Source: Spirochaetota bacterium (lineage in GTDB: Bacteria > Spirochaetota > UBA4802 > UBA5550). From it: DNA of 64,000 nucleotides. The stretch lies in the NCBI GenBank assembly GCA_963664815.2, contig CAXXHB010000003.1, positions 448,001 through 512,000 of the forward strand, written 5' to 3'. Shown piece by piece: positions 38,668 through 49,079 of the stretch; position 1 is the first letter of the stretch, and each line of letters starts with the position of its first letter. The translations under genes and the position numbers were made by a program. Under the pieces are notes generated by a model, which was given only the letters and a program-made list of their open reading frames with translations, was not told where the DNA came from and ran no database searches.

Positions 38668-41547
38668 ATGATCAGGCATCTTATGAAAAAAACAATACCC
38701 GGGATATCTGCCCTCTGTTTATTAATTCTCCTGTCCTGCTCAGCCGGGGGTTTGCCCGACAATAGGCAGCCGGCCGTAAATGGTACAATAAACTTCACTG
38801 CTGCTGATTCTGAAAAGAATCCGGTCAATCTTGACGGCCGGTGGGAGTTCTACTGGAACCGCCTTCTTGAGCCCCGTGATTTTTCCGGAAACCCGGAGCA
38901 GGATGGCAGGGTATATATTAATGTGCCGGGGTTGTGGAAGGGGCTCAGGGTTAATAACACTGATCTGCCTGGCGATGGTTACGCCACATACCGCCTTAAG
39001 ATAAATAACAGCAGAGGAAAATCCGTCACATCAAAGACCAGTTCTCTGGAAATATCCGGCATATGCTCCGCGTACAGGCTCTGGATAAATGGTGTCCTGC
39101 TGTCGCAAAGGGGCATTGTAGACATGTCCAGGGATGCCCGTGAACAGTTCATCTTTATATACCACACAAGGATAGTATCTTTCCAGCTCAGAGAGGGTAT
39201 TAACGAAATCGTTATACAGGTGCTTAACTATCATCTTGAGTCCGGCGGCATAGTTAACGCACCTCGCCTGGGGGACGGGGAAACCGAATTGCGGAAACAG
39301 CTGCATACCGGCATTGCAGATATGATTGTGATAAGCCTGCTGCTTTTTGTTTCCATTTACAATATACTGCTGTTTCTGTACAACAAAAAAGACCGTGCGG
39401 CGCTCTACATGGGACTCTTCAGCCTGGTATGGACAATAAACCTGTTCAACCTTCTTACACCTGTTATAAACGATTATTTTTCAAATAACAGGATACCCTA
39501 CCTGGTGGATGCGATCACCATAATGATCATCGCCCCCCTTTTAGTCATGTCAATACACGCCCTCTATCCGGAGGATGCTTTTCCTGAGATTTATAAGCCG
39601 TTTCTGCGGACAGCTCTGGCATATGCGGGAGTTTCCATCATACTTGTACTTGTTTCGGGGTTCAAAGCATCGGAGGGTATAATAGCGGTTTACTATTACT
39701 ATGGTATAGTGGCCATGATATTTTTCGCCTGGGTTTTAGTCAGGATACTGTATAACCGCAGGAACGATGCAATGCTTTTTTTTATCGGTTTTGTCTCTTT
39801 CTTCATTGTGTCGATAAACGACATACTCTGCACACTGCATGTCATCGATACAGTATTTGTTTTTCAGTACGGAATGCTGATATTCTGCTTTACCACCTCA
39901 CTGGTTGTTTCACGCAGATTTGCATTGGCGCTGAAGAAGGTGGAAAATCTTACCATGGTACTGGAAGAAAAGAACATGGCCCTTCTTGAAATGGACAGAC
40001 TCAAGAACGAGTTTCTGGCCAGCACCTCCCATGAGCTGAGGACTCCGCTTCACGGAATGATAGGCCTGTCCGAATCGATGATGCAGGGGACTGCCGGAGA
40101 CCTCCCCGCCATGGCAGTGGAGAATCTTTCACTCATAGCTTCAAGCGGGCACCGTCTCGCCGGTATGGTCAATGATCTGCTGGACATGGCAAGAATACAG
40201 GATGAAATGATGAGCCTTAACCTCAGGCCGGTGGACCTCTTTTCACTCACCGATATGGTCGTAAAGCTTTCACTTCCGCTGGTCGGCGGAAAACCGCTTG
40301 AAATAATAAACAGTATCGAACCGGGAATACCTGCGGTTATGGCAGATGAAGAGCGTATAAGGCAGGTGATGCACAACCTTGTGGGAAACGCCGTGAAGTT
40401 CACCGGCAGAGGAACAGTGACTGTTTCTGCATCGGTGGTTACTCAGGATGAACAGGATATTACACAGTGCAAAATGGTCGAGGTGCGCGTCACGGATACT
40501 GGTATAGGAATTCCACCGGAGTATCGCGAGGCCATATTTGAGCCGTATCGCCAGGTTGATGGCGGTGACACGCGCAGGTACTCAGGTACGGGTCTGGGGC
40601 TTGCCATAGCAAAAAGTATTATTGAACTGCACAAGGGCATAATCAGTGTAAATTCAGGGGAGGGGGGTTCTGTCTTTTCATTCACTCTGCCTGTGTCACC
40701 TGATCAGTCCGGGGCGGATGATCCGGCCGCATCTGAAAGCTTTGATGATACAGCTCTATTCAATGGTGACCTGGAGAGATCATTATCCGTTAAAGCTTCA
40801 GATGGCGAGGTGTTCGACGGAAGCCCGGTGCTCCTGGTCGTGGATGATGACCCGGTGAATGTGCGTATTCTGCAGAATTTTTTTGAATCAAAGAACTGCG
40901 CTGTAAAAACGGCCTTCGACGGAATAAGCGCTCTTGATATTCTGCAAAACGACAGTACAATCGACCTGGTGCTCCTTGATATCATGATGCCGGGTATCTC
41001 CGGTTACGAAGTGTGTAAAAGAGTGCGCCTGGAACATTCTGCAGATGTGCTGCCGGTAATAATGCTCACTGCTAAAAACATGATGTCCGACATAGACGCC
41101 GCGTTTCTGGCCGGCGCCAATGATTACATAGTAAAGCCTTTCAGGATTGCGGAGCTTATGGCCCGCGTAAAGACCATGCTCAAACTGAAGAATATCAGCC
41201 GTACGGAAGCAGAGAGCATCACGATACAGTCATGGAACAACGAATACACTATCAGGTTCGCTGATATTGTCTACATCACCTCACACTCCAGGAACATCAC
41301 TGTACATGCAGTTAAACGCGACTTTGAACTAGCTGTTTTAATGAAGGACATTATTCACCGTCTCCCCCCGGATAATTTCATACGCATACATAAGAGCTAT
41401 GTGGTGAATATAAACTATATTTACAATCTCCAGCATGTGATTTCCGGGAGGTACAAGGCAAGGCTTAAGGATGAGGACGAAACGGATCTGCCGGTTGGGC
41501 CTTCATTCCTTGAAGAGCTGAGGATGAAAATTCACGATAAGAAATAA
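38668..41547 (+). CDS. Hybrid sensor kinase/response regulator 3 (7TM-DISM, HisKA, HATPase, REC, LytTR)
   Basis: LDGRWEFYW, TSHELRTPLH, GTGLGL, LLDIMMP and FIRIHKSYVVN. Divergent from the cstA-cyclase gene. Confidence 0.92.
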   Translation: MIRHLMKKTIPGISALCLLILLSCSAGGLPDNRQPAVNGTINFTAADSEKNPVNLDGRWEFYWNRLLEPRDFSGNPEQDGRVYINVPGLWKGLRVNNTDLPGDGYATYRLKINNSRGKSVTSKTSSLEISGICSAYRLWINGVLLSQRGIVDMSRDAREQFIFIYHTRIVSFQLREGINEIVIQVLNYHLESGGIVNAPRLGDGETELRKQLHTGIADMIVISLLLFVSIYNILLFLYNKKDRAALYMGLFSLVWTINLFNLLTPVINDYFSNNRIPYLVDAITIMIIAPLLVMSIHALYPEDAFPEIYKPFLRTALAYAGVSIILVLVSGFKASEGIIAVYYYYGIVAMIFFAWVLVRILYNRRNDAMLFFIGFVSFFIVSINDILCTLHVIDTVFVFQYGMLIFCFTTSLVVSRRFALALKKVENLTMVLEEKNMALLEMDRLKNEFLASTSHELRTPLHGMIGLSESMMQGTAGDLPAMAVENLSLIASSGHRLAGMVNDLLDMARIQDEMMSLNLRPVDLFSLTDMVVKLSLPLVGGKPLEIINSIEPGIPAVMADEERIRQVMHNLVGNAVKFTGRGTVTVSASVVTQDEQDITQCKMVEVRVTDTGIGIPPEYREAIFEPYRQVDGGDTRRYSGTGLGLAIAKSIIELHKGIISVNSGEGGSVFSFTLPVSPDQSGADDPAASESFDDTALFNGDLERSLSVKASDGEVFDGSPVLLVVDDDPVNVRILQNFFESKNCAVKTAFDGISALDILQNDSTIDLVLLDIMMPGISGYEVCKRVRLEHSADVLPVIMLTAKNMMSDIDAAFLAGANDYIVKPFRIAELMARVKTMLKLKNISRTEAESITIQSWNNEYTIRFADIVYITSHSRNITVHAVKRDFELAVLMKDIIHRLPPDNFIRIHKSYVVNINYIYNLQHVISGRYKARLKDEDETDLPVGPSFLEELRMKIHDKK

Positions 41548-41618
41548 AAAAAACCTTGTTTTGTTGCAAGAATATTTATATTATAAAACCAGAGCTGCAG
41601 TTAAAGTGAGGATTAAAT

Positions 41619-41975
41619 ATGAAAATTTTCTTTTCTCTTTTAATGTCATTTATTGTTACCCTGTCCCTTGGGGGATGTAAAAAAAATACGGTTGTTCAGG
41701 AAAAAGCGCCTGTGCTGACAGTGGAGGATTTTAAGTATGTCCGGAATAGTATAGGGCCTTTCAGTTCATTTGATGCAGGAATAAAAAAGGCTGTTCAGAA
41801 GCTCGGAAAACCTCATAAAAAAGAGGGGAGAAGATCATACTGGTACGTGAAGGATGATAAGGCATGTACCGAGTTTTTCATTGAGGAGATGGGGGGAAAT
41901 ATGATAGGAGGGACCGGTATTACACCGATGGAGCCGGGTACCTATATGTTCAGCAATTGTCCGGTAAAATATTAA
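41619..41975 (+). CDS. Small lipoprotein, unknown function
   Basis: GAGG RBS and an LGGC lipobox. Confidence 0.7.
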   Translation: MKIFFSLLMSFIVTLSLGGCKKNTVVQEKAPVLTVEDFKYVRNSIGPFSSFDAGIKKAVQKLGKPHKKEGRRSYWYVKDDKACTEFFIEEMGGNMIGGTGITPMEPGTYMFSNCPVKY

Positions 41976-42020
41976 GAATGATACAGTATGGAATATTTAA
42001 AAAATATAGAATTTAATACA

Positions 42021-42054
42021 TAAAAAAGGCTGCCTTCAAGGGCAGCCTTTTTTT
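42021..42054. terminator. Bidirectional intrinsic terminator
   Basis: TAAAAAAGGCTGCC-ttcaag-GGCAGCCTTTTTTA between convergent genes. Confidence 0.8.
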
Positions 42055-42124
42055 ACATAAAAGAAGTTTCAATAACATGATTTTTACGGGGTTAAAGGGA
42101 ACAGCCCCGTAAAAATCGGAAATT

Positions 42125-43993
42125 CTATTCTTCGAGTGATCCTGTAAATGTGTTGTCAGATGCCTTGGTTGTTGCCCCTTCATTAAACTTGATAGCTTCA
42201 ACTCTTCCGAATACTTTCGGGAATTCATTTCCAAGGTAGAACTGTGCAGAGAGAACTCTTCCTGAATAATATGCTGCTTCGCTGTTTTCTGAGAGGAGTT
42301 TTTCCCTGTCAGCGCCTTTAAGATCTCCAACAAGAGCTTTCATCTTGGGAACAGATACTGTTAAACTCCAGAGATGACACCATGCAATAGCCACCATGTA
42401 CATAACATCAAGGAAAGGTGTGGCATGTGCAAAAATAGAAAGGAACTGGCCTTTGCCGAGCATCCCTTTGAAAATCTCGAGAAGTTCATCAACCTCTTTG
42501 ATCCCTCTTGAGAGAAGGTCAATATATTTGTCTTCAACGATACCTTTGGCTTTTGCTATAACACCTTCCATTCTTGATTTAAGAACAGAATAGTTGTACT
42601 GATTTTTGTTCATGAGAATTTTTCTCATTATAAGGTCCATTGCCTGGATTCCGTTTGTTCCTTCATAGAGGCAGAGGATCTTGGAGTCTGCCATGTGTCT
42701 TGCAACAGGGTAGTCTCTGCAGTATCCGTATCCGCCATATACCTGCATTGCCATTGATGTGATTTCAACGCCCTTATCTGTACATCCTGCTTTACAGATA
42801 GGAACAAGAAGTTCAAGCATTGCGCTGGCTTCTTTGCTGATTGTGGGATCGCTGCTCTTCATGATGTCATTCTGCATGTAAAGGAAGTCGATGAGAATTC
42901 TCTGTCCCTCGATGTGTGATTTCATCCAGAGGAGCATTCTTTTAACGTCGGGATGTTTGCTGATGGAAACAAGAGGAGCATCAGGATTCATCATCTGGAT
43001 TACATCAACGCCCTGGAGCCTGTTTTTCGCGTATGTTACAGCATGCATATATGCTGCAGATGCGTTTCCATGAGCCTGCATTGAAACACCGCAGCGCTCT
43101 TCGTTCATCATCTGGAACATGATTTTCATACCCTGGCGCTCTTCGCCGAGAAGGTATCCGATACAGTCGTTGTTGTCGCCGAAAGCGAGCTGTGAAGTAG
43201 CCTGGCCGTGGAGACCCATCTTGTGCTCAACGCCGGTACATGTTACATCGTTAAATTTTCCCATTGAACCGTCAGGATTAACGCGGTATTTGGGGACTAT
43301 AAAGATTGATATACCCTTTGTTCCCTTGGGATCCCCTTCAATTCTTGCAAGTACAGGGTGAACCATGTTTTTGTAGTGGTCATTTTCACCTGAGGAGATG
43401 AATATTTTCTGGCCGGTAATTTTATATGTTCCATCGGGCTGTTTTACAGCTTTGGTTTTAAGGTTACCTACATCTGATCCTGCATCCGGTTCTGTAAGGC
43501 ACATTGTTCCGCCCCATTCCCCTGTCATGATCTTGTCGCCATAGAGTTTACTCTGCTCCGGAGTTCCGAATGTAAAGTAGAGTTCCATTGCTCCGTGAGA
43601 AAGTCCGGGATACATTCCGAAAGGCATGTTTGCCGCACATACATATTCCATAACGGCCGAGTTAACCGCAAAGGGCATACCCATTCCGCCATGTTTAGGG
43701 GTAACAGCAACTCCCATAAAACCTGCTTCGTAGAATGCGTCAAGCGCCCCGTGAAAGCATTTGGGTATTGTTACCGCTTTGGTAACCGGGTCCCATTTAA
43801 CTCCCTCATTATCACCCTCTTCGGCAGTGGGATAGATAACGTTGACGGAAATCTGTTCCGCGAGATCAATTACCGCTTCAAAGGTATCATGATCAAAATC
43901 ACCAAATTCCGGGTACTTTACGAGTTTGTCAATTTCGAACATTTCAAATAAAACAAACTTGACATCTCTTGTGTCGACCAACGTATTAAGCAT
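42125..43993 (-). CDS. Acyl-CoA dehydrogenase
   Basis: MCLTEPDAGSD, EHKMG, GGYGY and LYEGTNGIQ motifs. Confidence 0.95.
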   Translation of the reverse strand: MLNTLVDTRDVKFVLFEMFEIDKLVKYPEFGDFDHDTFEAVIDLAEQISVNVIYPTAEEGDNEGVKWDPVTKAVTIPKCFHGALDAFYEAGFMGVAVTPKHGGMGMPFAVNSAVMEYVCAANMPFGMYPGLSHGAMELYFTFGTPEQSKLYGDKIMTGEWGGTMCLTEPDAGSDVGNLKTKAVKQPDGTYKITGQKIFISSGENDHYKNMVHPVLARIEGDPKGTKGISIFIVPKYRVNPDGSMGKFNDVTCTGVEHKMGLHGQATSQLAFGDNNDCIGYLLGEERQGMKIMFQMMNEERCGVSMQAHGNASAAYMHAVTYAKNRLQGVDVIQMMNPDAPLVSISKHPDVKRMLLWMKSHIEGQRILIDFLYMQNDIMKSSDPTISKEASAMLELLVPICKAGCTDKGVEITSMAMQVYGGYGYCRDYPVARHMADSKILCLYEGTNGIQAMDLIMRKILMNKNQYNYSVLKSRMEGVIAKAKGIVEDKYIDLLSRGIKEVDELLEIFKGMLGKGQFLSIFAHATPFLDVMYMVAIAWCHLWSLTVSVPKMKALVGDLKGADREKLLSENSEAAYYSGRVLSAQFYLGNEFPKVFGRVEAIKFNEGATTKASDNTFTGSLEE

Positions 43994-44497
43994 ATAAGCC
44001 TCCCATATTTTTATATTTATAGAAAAGTTTAACGGGGCTGACTAAAAAAGTGAAAGTCCCCTGCATTGATGGGGGCTGACTTGTCAGACAATCCCGGATA
44101 GACGAAAAGCAAATATATTGTTACTTTCACCTGCCATAAAGTTAATTTGTATGTAATTTTTGTAAACTGATTTTTATTGAGTCTATAATTTGTTGTTTAT
44201 ATATACTGCGCATGCGTATGCGGAATGAATATAAGATAAATACATTTAAAGCGTATTGACAGACTGAAAATATGTCAAATAAGCGAAGTCATGTAACTGA
44301 TTTATCTGATTATATCTGTATGTGATATGTAAAACTGTAGAAAAATCATAACTGAAGAAAAGTTCAGTGCAGTATAAAAAGAAAAATTACCCCTCCCGTC
44401 GAGGGAGGGGTCAGGAGAGTGTGATTGAAAATTCAGATTAAATCAATACTTCTCTCAACCTCTCCTGAATTGATACCCCGAAAGGGGTTAGTCTTTA

Positions 44498-46663
44498 TTA
44501 AATCATTTTAGAACTTCTCAGAGCGGATAGAAGCACTTTGCGCATAATTTTTTCTTTACGGTTTGAGGGCTTATCAAGCTGCATCCTCCTGAGGAAGGGT
44601 TCTGCCTTTGCAGGAACCGGTTTAAACATCTCGGCCAGAAGTCCTTTAAGGACATCTGATTTTTTCCTGCTGGTAAGTCCCTTCAGCGCTGCCCCGAGAA
44701 CCATCTCCTCCATGGTGAAATCTGTCCCGAAGGGGAATGCAGGGAAATAACCCCTGGCCTGGTAAGGCTTCAGCATTGCTTCCAGCTTCTGGGGGGTATT
44801 GTGCCTGTATTCATCGGCAAGTTTGAAATCGGGTGCCAGCTTCCCGTTAAGCTTGGCTTTCTGTATAAGTTCATCCTGGAAGCGGGAATCTGTTATTTTC
44901 AGAATCTCTTCAATGACCTTTGAATCCTGGAGTCCTCTTACGCTGGCTATACCGTATTCGGTAACTATAATATCCCTCAGGTGCCTTGGAATTGTAGTAT
45001 GGCCGTAGTTGTAGACTATATTGGATTTTGTGTTTTCCCCGGAACCCCTTGTGCTCTTGATCATCATAATAAGCCTTCCGTCGGGGATTGCATGTGCCAT
45101 TGAAACAAAATTATACTGTCCGCCGACTCCGCTTATAAGACGGCCGTCTTCAAGCTGATCGGATGTAATGGCTCCAAGCAGATGCGCCATCATCCCTGCG
45201 TTTACGAAACGCCCCTCTTTTCTCTGGAGTACGCGGAGTTCCTCATCCCCGTAAAGCTGGTTTACCTTTTCAACGCCCGACATTCCAAATTGGGTTCTCT
45301 CCTCCTCGCTCATTGCGTTCAGGGCGTCGTAGAAGGAGTGAGGCCCCAGGAAGAATGCCCCGAGCAGTACCTTGCCGTTTTTAAGCCGGTCGCCGAGGAA
45401 TATTTTAATCTCTTCCAGGTTCTTCTTCTCGTAGAAGTCTGCCGAAACTTTTATGTTCCCGTCACTGATAAAACCATCTTTGAATGTGAGCCCTTTTTTC
45501 AGTATGCCGAACGTTGTCAGCATTTTAAAATCCTTCTCTCTCAGCCTCGGGTAAATACCCTCAACCTCTATAAGGAGTTCCAGGATGTTTGAAGGGATGC
45601 TGTCGCCCGTGAGCTTTCCGGATTTGAAAAGCCTCATGATGCCGAGGTTGTCGTAGACCTTGCGTTTAATAACACCCTCTTTGTACAGCTGAAGCAAGCC
45701 GTTGACGATCATCTCCGAGGAACCGTATAACCCTTCTTCGAATGTACCGGTACCGCCGATTTTATCTATAACGCTCTTGTGCCGGTCGAGGATACCATTC
45801 TCCTTCAGCAGCCTGTTGTAATCTTCATTGTGTTTGTGGCGCATTATAAGGCTTGAGGCAATTGCGTCTCCCAGTGATCCTATCCCTATCTGGAGTGTGC
45901 CGCCGTCCTTGACAAGTGTGCTTACGTAAAGCCCTATGGCGTGGTTGGCAATTCCTATTGAATCGTTGGGGGTGCCGAAAAGGTTTGTCTTGAATTCGGG
46001 CCCCTCGAAAATAATATCATATGTATCAGCTTCAATAACCGCGTCGCCATACATAAACGGCACTGTGGGGTTAACCTCTCCCAGTATTACAACCTTGCCC
46101 CCCCTGTCCCGTATCTTGTTAAGCTCCTCGAAAGCCTGAAACGCAATATCCGTGGCACACCCCATTGAGTAGGCCTTCTGCCCGTCACGGTCGGCCGTCG
46201 TAAGAATCTGCCCGAAAACGTTGCACCCGAAATCGATGGCATCTCTCACTATATGAGCGTAGTTAGAGTAAAGGTGGTTCCTCTGGGCTTCGGGGATGCG
46301 CAGGGCGCTGCCGGCCTTGTAGAAGAATTCATAAATTGAAACGTTTTTCGGGAGCTTGCCGCTGTGGAAATCGGCAATGTAGTCATAGACAGGTACTCCG
46401 TCAAAAATCCTGTCAAGCAGGGGCTCTGCAAATCTTTTTTCCATATCGCTTTTTGTTTTTGGTCGTTCAAGCGAGAGGCTTGTAACTATCTTCAGTTTAA
46501 TCGAGGGATCTTCCTTTGCCCTCCTGTAAAGCTCGTTGATAAACCTTGTCGGGTTACCAATTCCCAGGGGCATGGCGAAAGTGATATCCTTCTCCATGTA
46601 GTTGATGATATCATCAACCCCCTTCCTTACATCACTGTAGACTTCACCTTTCTTTCCGTTCAT
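44498..46663 (-). CDS. Acetyl-CoA hydrolase/CoA-transferase family protein (long form)
   Basis: DGGTLQIGIGSLG, SEM, SGVGGQYNFV and RDIIVTEYGIA motifs. Confidence 0.88.
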   Translation of the reverse strand: MNGKKGEVYSDVRKGVDDIINYMEKDITFAMPLGIGNPTRFINELYRRAKEDPSIKLKIVTSLSLERPKTKSDMEKRFAEPLLDRIFDGVPVYDYIADFHSGKLPKNVSIYEFFYKAGSALRIPEAQRNHLYSNYAHIVRDAIDFGCNVFGQILTTADRDGQKAYSMGCATDIAFQAFEELNKIRDRGGKVVILGEVNPTVPFMYGDAVIEADTYDIIFEGPEFKTNLFGTPNDSIGIANHAIGLYVSTLVKDGGTLQIGIGSLGDAIASSLIMRHKHNEDYNRLLKENGILDRHKSVIDKIGGTGTFEEGLYGSSEMIVNGLLQLYKEGVIKRKVYDNLGIMRLFKSGKLTGDSIPSNILELLIEVEGIYPRLREKDFKMLTTFGILKKGLTFKDGFISDGNIKVSADFYEKKNLEEIKIFLGDRLKNGKVLLGAFFLGPHSFYDALNAMSEEERTQFGMSGVEKVNQLYGDEELRVLQRKEGRFVNAGMMAHLLGAITSDQLEDGRLISGVGGQYNFVSMAHAIPDGRLIMMIKSTRGSGENTKSNIVYNYGHTTIPRHLRDIIVTEYGIASVRGLQDSKVIEEILKITDSRFQDELIQKAKLNGKLAPDFKLADEYRHNTPQKLEAMLKPYQARGYFPAFPFGTDFTMEEMVLGAALKGLTSRKKSDVLKGLLAEMFKPVPAKAEPFLRRMQLDKPSNRKEKIMRKVLLSALRSSKMI

Positions 46664-46907
46664 CTTTTACCTCATAATGATTTTAAGTATATTTGATTAT
46701 ATAAAATGGATAAGCTTCTATCCATAAATTGGATTCAGGTTAAAGCAACAGCTTCGCTGTAAAGAAATTTCCCCCCGCTTTTCAGGGGAGGAAACAGTTG
46801 ATGATTCAAACAGTTATTCCTGTATAGATTACCGGCCTTTTCAATCATGGATCCGGTGAAAACTGCCCTGTTAATATAGCCCCGCAGCGTGGCGGGTAAT
46901 ACTGATA

Positions 46908-47408
46908 CTACTTTTCAGCTTCAGGATTCATGCCGAGAAGCTTTGCAAAGACAAGGACTCCCCCTGTAAAGAAAACTCCGCCCGCCGCAAGGACAATAAG
47001 CCACTGGACGGTTGGCTGCTCCTTGCCGAATATAAGCGCGATGGTGAAATAAACAAAGGCATAGTTGTTGAATAAAAGATGAGCAACATCTCCCAGCGCA
47101 ATTATAAGGAAAACACAGATGAAAACTACAAGAAGCGTTCCGCCGGTGGCGCCAAGTGACGGGGCAATCAGTTCAACAGCATGAGGAACCGATGCCGCAA
47201 GCAGAAGCCCGACAGCGGCTCCGATAAAGATGTTGGCAAGGTTTTTAACATCCCCCTTCTGCTCAAAGAAAAAAAGCAGTGTAAGAAAAGCCGGCCATCC
47301 CTGGGTAATTTTAAATGCACCGAGACCTACAAGCGTAACGCATAGCCATGCAGCGACAATAACTCCGGCAATGATTGTTTCCTTTTTGAATCCTTTCTTT
47401 TCCGCCAT
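46908..47408 (-). CDS. Small integral membrane protein (DUF1097-like)
   Basis: About six hydrophobic helices, a GWPAFL motif and an AGGAG RBS. Confidence 0.6.
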   Translation of the reverse strand: MAEKKGFKKETIIAGVIVAAWLCVTLVGLGAFKITQGWPAFLTLLFFFEQKGDVKNLANIFIGAAVGLLLAASVPHAVELIAPSLGATGGTLLVVFICVFLIIALGDVAHLLFNNYAFVYFTIALIFGKEQPTVQWLIVLAAGGVFFTGGVLVFAKLLGMNPEAEK

Positions 47409-47424
47409 AAACAGTTCTCCTTAA

Positions 47425-47468
47425 ATGTAGTGTTGGTTAAATGAATGTTCATTTAATTAACACTACAT
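47425..47468. promoter_or_regulatory. 44-bp near-perfect palindrome next to the RBS
   Basis: ATGTAGTGTT-GG-TTAAATGAA-TG-TTCATTTAA-TT-AACACTACAT. Confidence 0.55.
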
Positions 47469-47838
47469 GCAGACATAATGATGCTTTTGTCAATATTAAA
47501 ACCGTCTGTACGGTCTTAATATTTAAGCAAAAAAGTAACCTCTCTGAATAAGGAGTGTTATCCAGGGTATAATTTCGATAATAGTGATAAATTCAAATTC
47601 CTGTTACAGGGTTTTAAGTAAAAAACCTGTAAAACAATCATTTCTGTAAAGACGGAAGACGTTAATACATGAGCAAATTTCTGCTTCGTAAAAGGTATAT
47701 ATATTTGTTGAGAATCACGGCCTGCGGAACTTCTGCCTGACGGTAATATTCCGCATATCATGAAGGTTAAAGGCCACTGCTGCCCGGAAAACTGATTCTG
47801 CGGCAGCAATAAAACCATTATGCACACGGCGGGAGTGT

Positions 47839-47858
47839 TGTCATTAACCCGGGTTAAT
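47839..47858. promoter_or_regulatory. Palindromic site TGTC-ATTAACCCGGGTTAAT (copy 3), abutting the crp stop codon
   Basis: Perfect 16-bp palindrome directly next to the Crp/Fnr gene end at 47859. Confidence 0.65.
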
Positions 47859-48461
47859 TTATATTAATTTAATTCTTTTTCTGAGCCTTGAAAGGGCTAC
47901 ATCGGTTATACGCAGATATGATGCGATGTGGTATTGCGGCAGCCTGCGGACAATCTCCGGGTGTTTTTTTATGAACCTTAAATACTGTACTTCGGGAGAA
48001 TCAAGGACACCACTCTCTCTTGCTTCAATCTGGATAAGAGAGTTTTCCGCTATTAAACGGCCGAGCCTCTCCCAGCACTTGTGTCTTTCATACAGCTCGT
48101 CAATTTTTGATCTCCATAAAAGGCCGGCAACAGTATCTTCAAGGGCCTGGATATAAAACCTGCTGGGTAAAGATTTGATCATGGAGCCTATGGAACCGAC
48201 CAGGTTATTTTCAATGGCAAATCCCCTGTTGAACTCCTTGCCCGTGTCGGTTAAATAGTAGATGCGTACCAGCCCTTTGACAATAATAAATGAATGGTCT
48301 GCAACGGTATCAGCAGTAAGAAGGTATTCGTTCTTTTTAAAACGCTGAATGGTGATACAGTTTATGGCATAGTTCCACTCCTCATCGGGGATATGAGTAT
48401 ATGTTTCAAAAACATCTCTTATTTGCAGAAGTGCATCATCCATAGTCGGTTTCCGTTTCAC
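47859..48461 (-). CDS. Crp/Fnr-family transcriptional regulator
   Basis: cNMP-binding fold (IVKGLVRIYY..GKE, IQALED) and a QYHIASYL.IT.V.LSRLR HTH. Confidence 0.9.
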   Translation of the reverse strand: MKRKPTMDDALLQIRDVFETYTHIPDEEWNYAINCITIQRFKKNEYLLTADTVADHSFIIVKGLVRIYYLTDTGKEFNRGFAIENNLVGSIGSMIKSLPSRFYIQALEDTVAGLLWRSKIDELYERHKCWERLGRLIAENSLIQIEARESGVLDSPEVQYLRFIKKHPEIVRRLPQYHIASYLRITDVALSRLRKRIKLI

Positions 48462-48812
48462 TGGAAATTATTTAACATAAAATGAATTATGTTAAGTTAT
48501 ATAAACCCTTATATATAAGATAAGACATTATGGCCGTATTTTAAAAGCCAGTCATATGCCGGTCAAGCTGATTTATTCCGACAGGATTTAAAAAAACATG
48601 GCCGGCCTGCAGCTTTTTTTTGCGCAGAAAATTTTATTGTATTATATAAGATATAGCAGTTTAAAAGAGCTAAATATTTTTTTAATCCAGGGGGTATTTA
48701 TGCCCCTCACCCGTCTTGATGAAATGAAACGGGGAGAGGGGAAATGATCGATACCGGGGGGTTAGCCAACCTTCTGTTCATTTGCAATATCAAATGTTAT
48801 CTTAAGGCCGGT

Positions 48813-48920
48813 TACTTTTCATATAAAGTTTCAGGCGATATTTCAACAGACCAATTTTCCCATGAAAGTGTCCCGTAATCTATCGGAAATTGCCTGAATT
48901 TTTCCATGTTGCGGATATTT
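48813..48920 (-). pseudogene. Remnant of a DUF2442-like gene (C-terminal half)
   Basis: Reads NIRNMEKFRQFPIDYGTLSWENWSVEISPETLYEK*, resembling the GTL.W....DI.PETLY tail of DUF2442 proteins. Confidence 0.55.
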
Positions 48921-49079
48921 ATGGATATATCGGTGCACAGTATAATTAATGTACAGGATATTCTATGTCATACTGGTTCCGGTATTATAAGTCATATTTT
49001 CTGCTTGAAATCTGCAGTAATATAACAGTAATATAATAGAAAATAAAACTGTTGGTAATATACAGTTTACAGGAATAAT

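Noticed and set aside
47558-47827. 89-aa ORF downstream of crp, and the 88-aa ORF at 63629-63895
   Set aside because: No clear RBS or motifs and atypical composition, so they cannot be supported.
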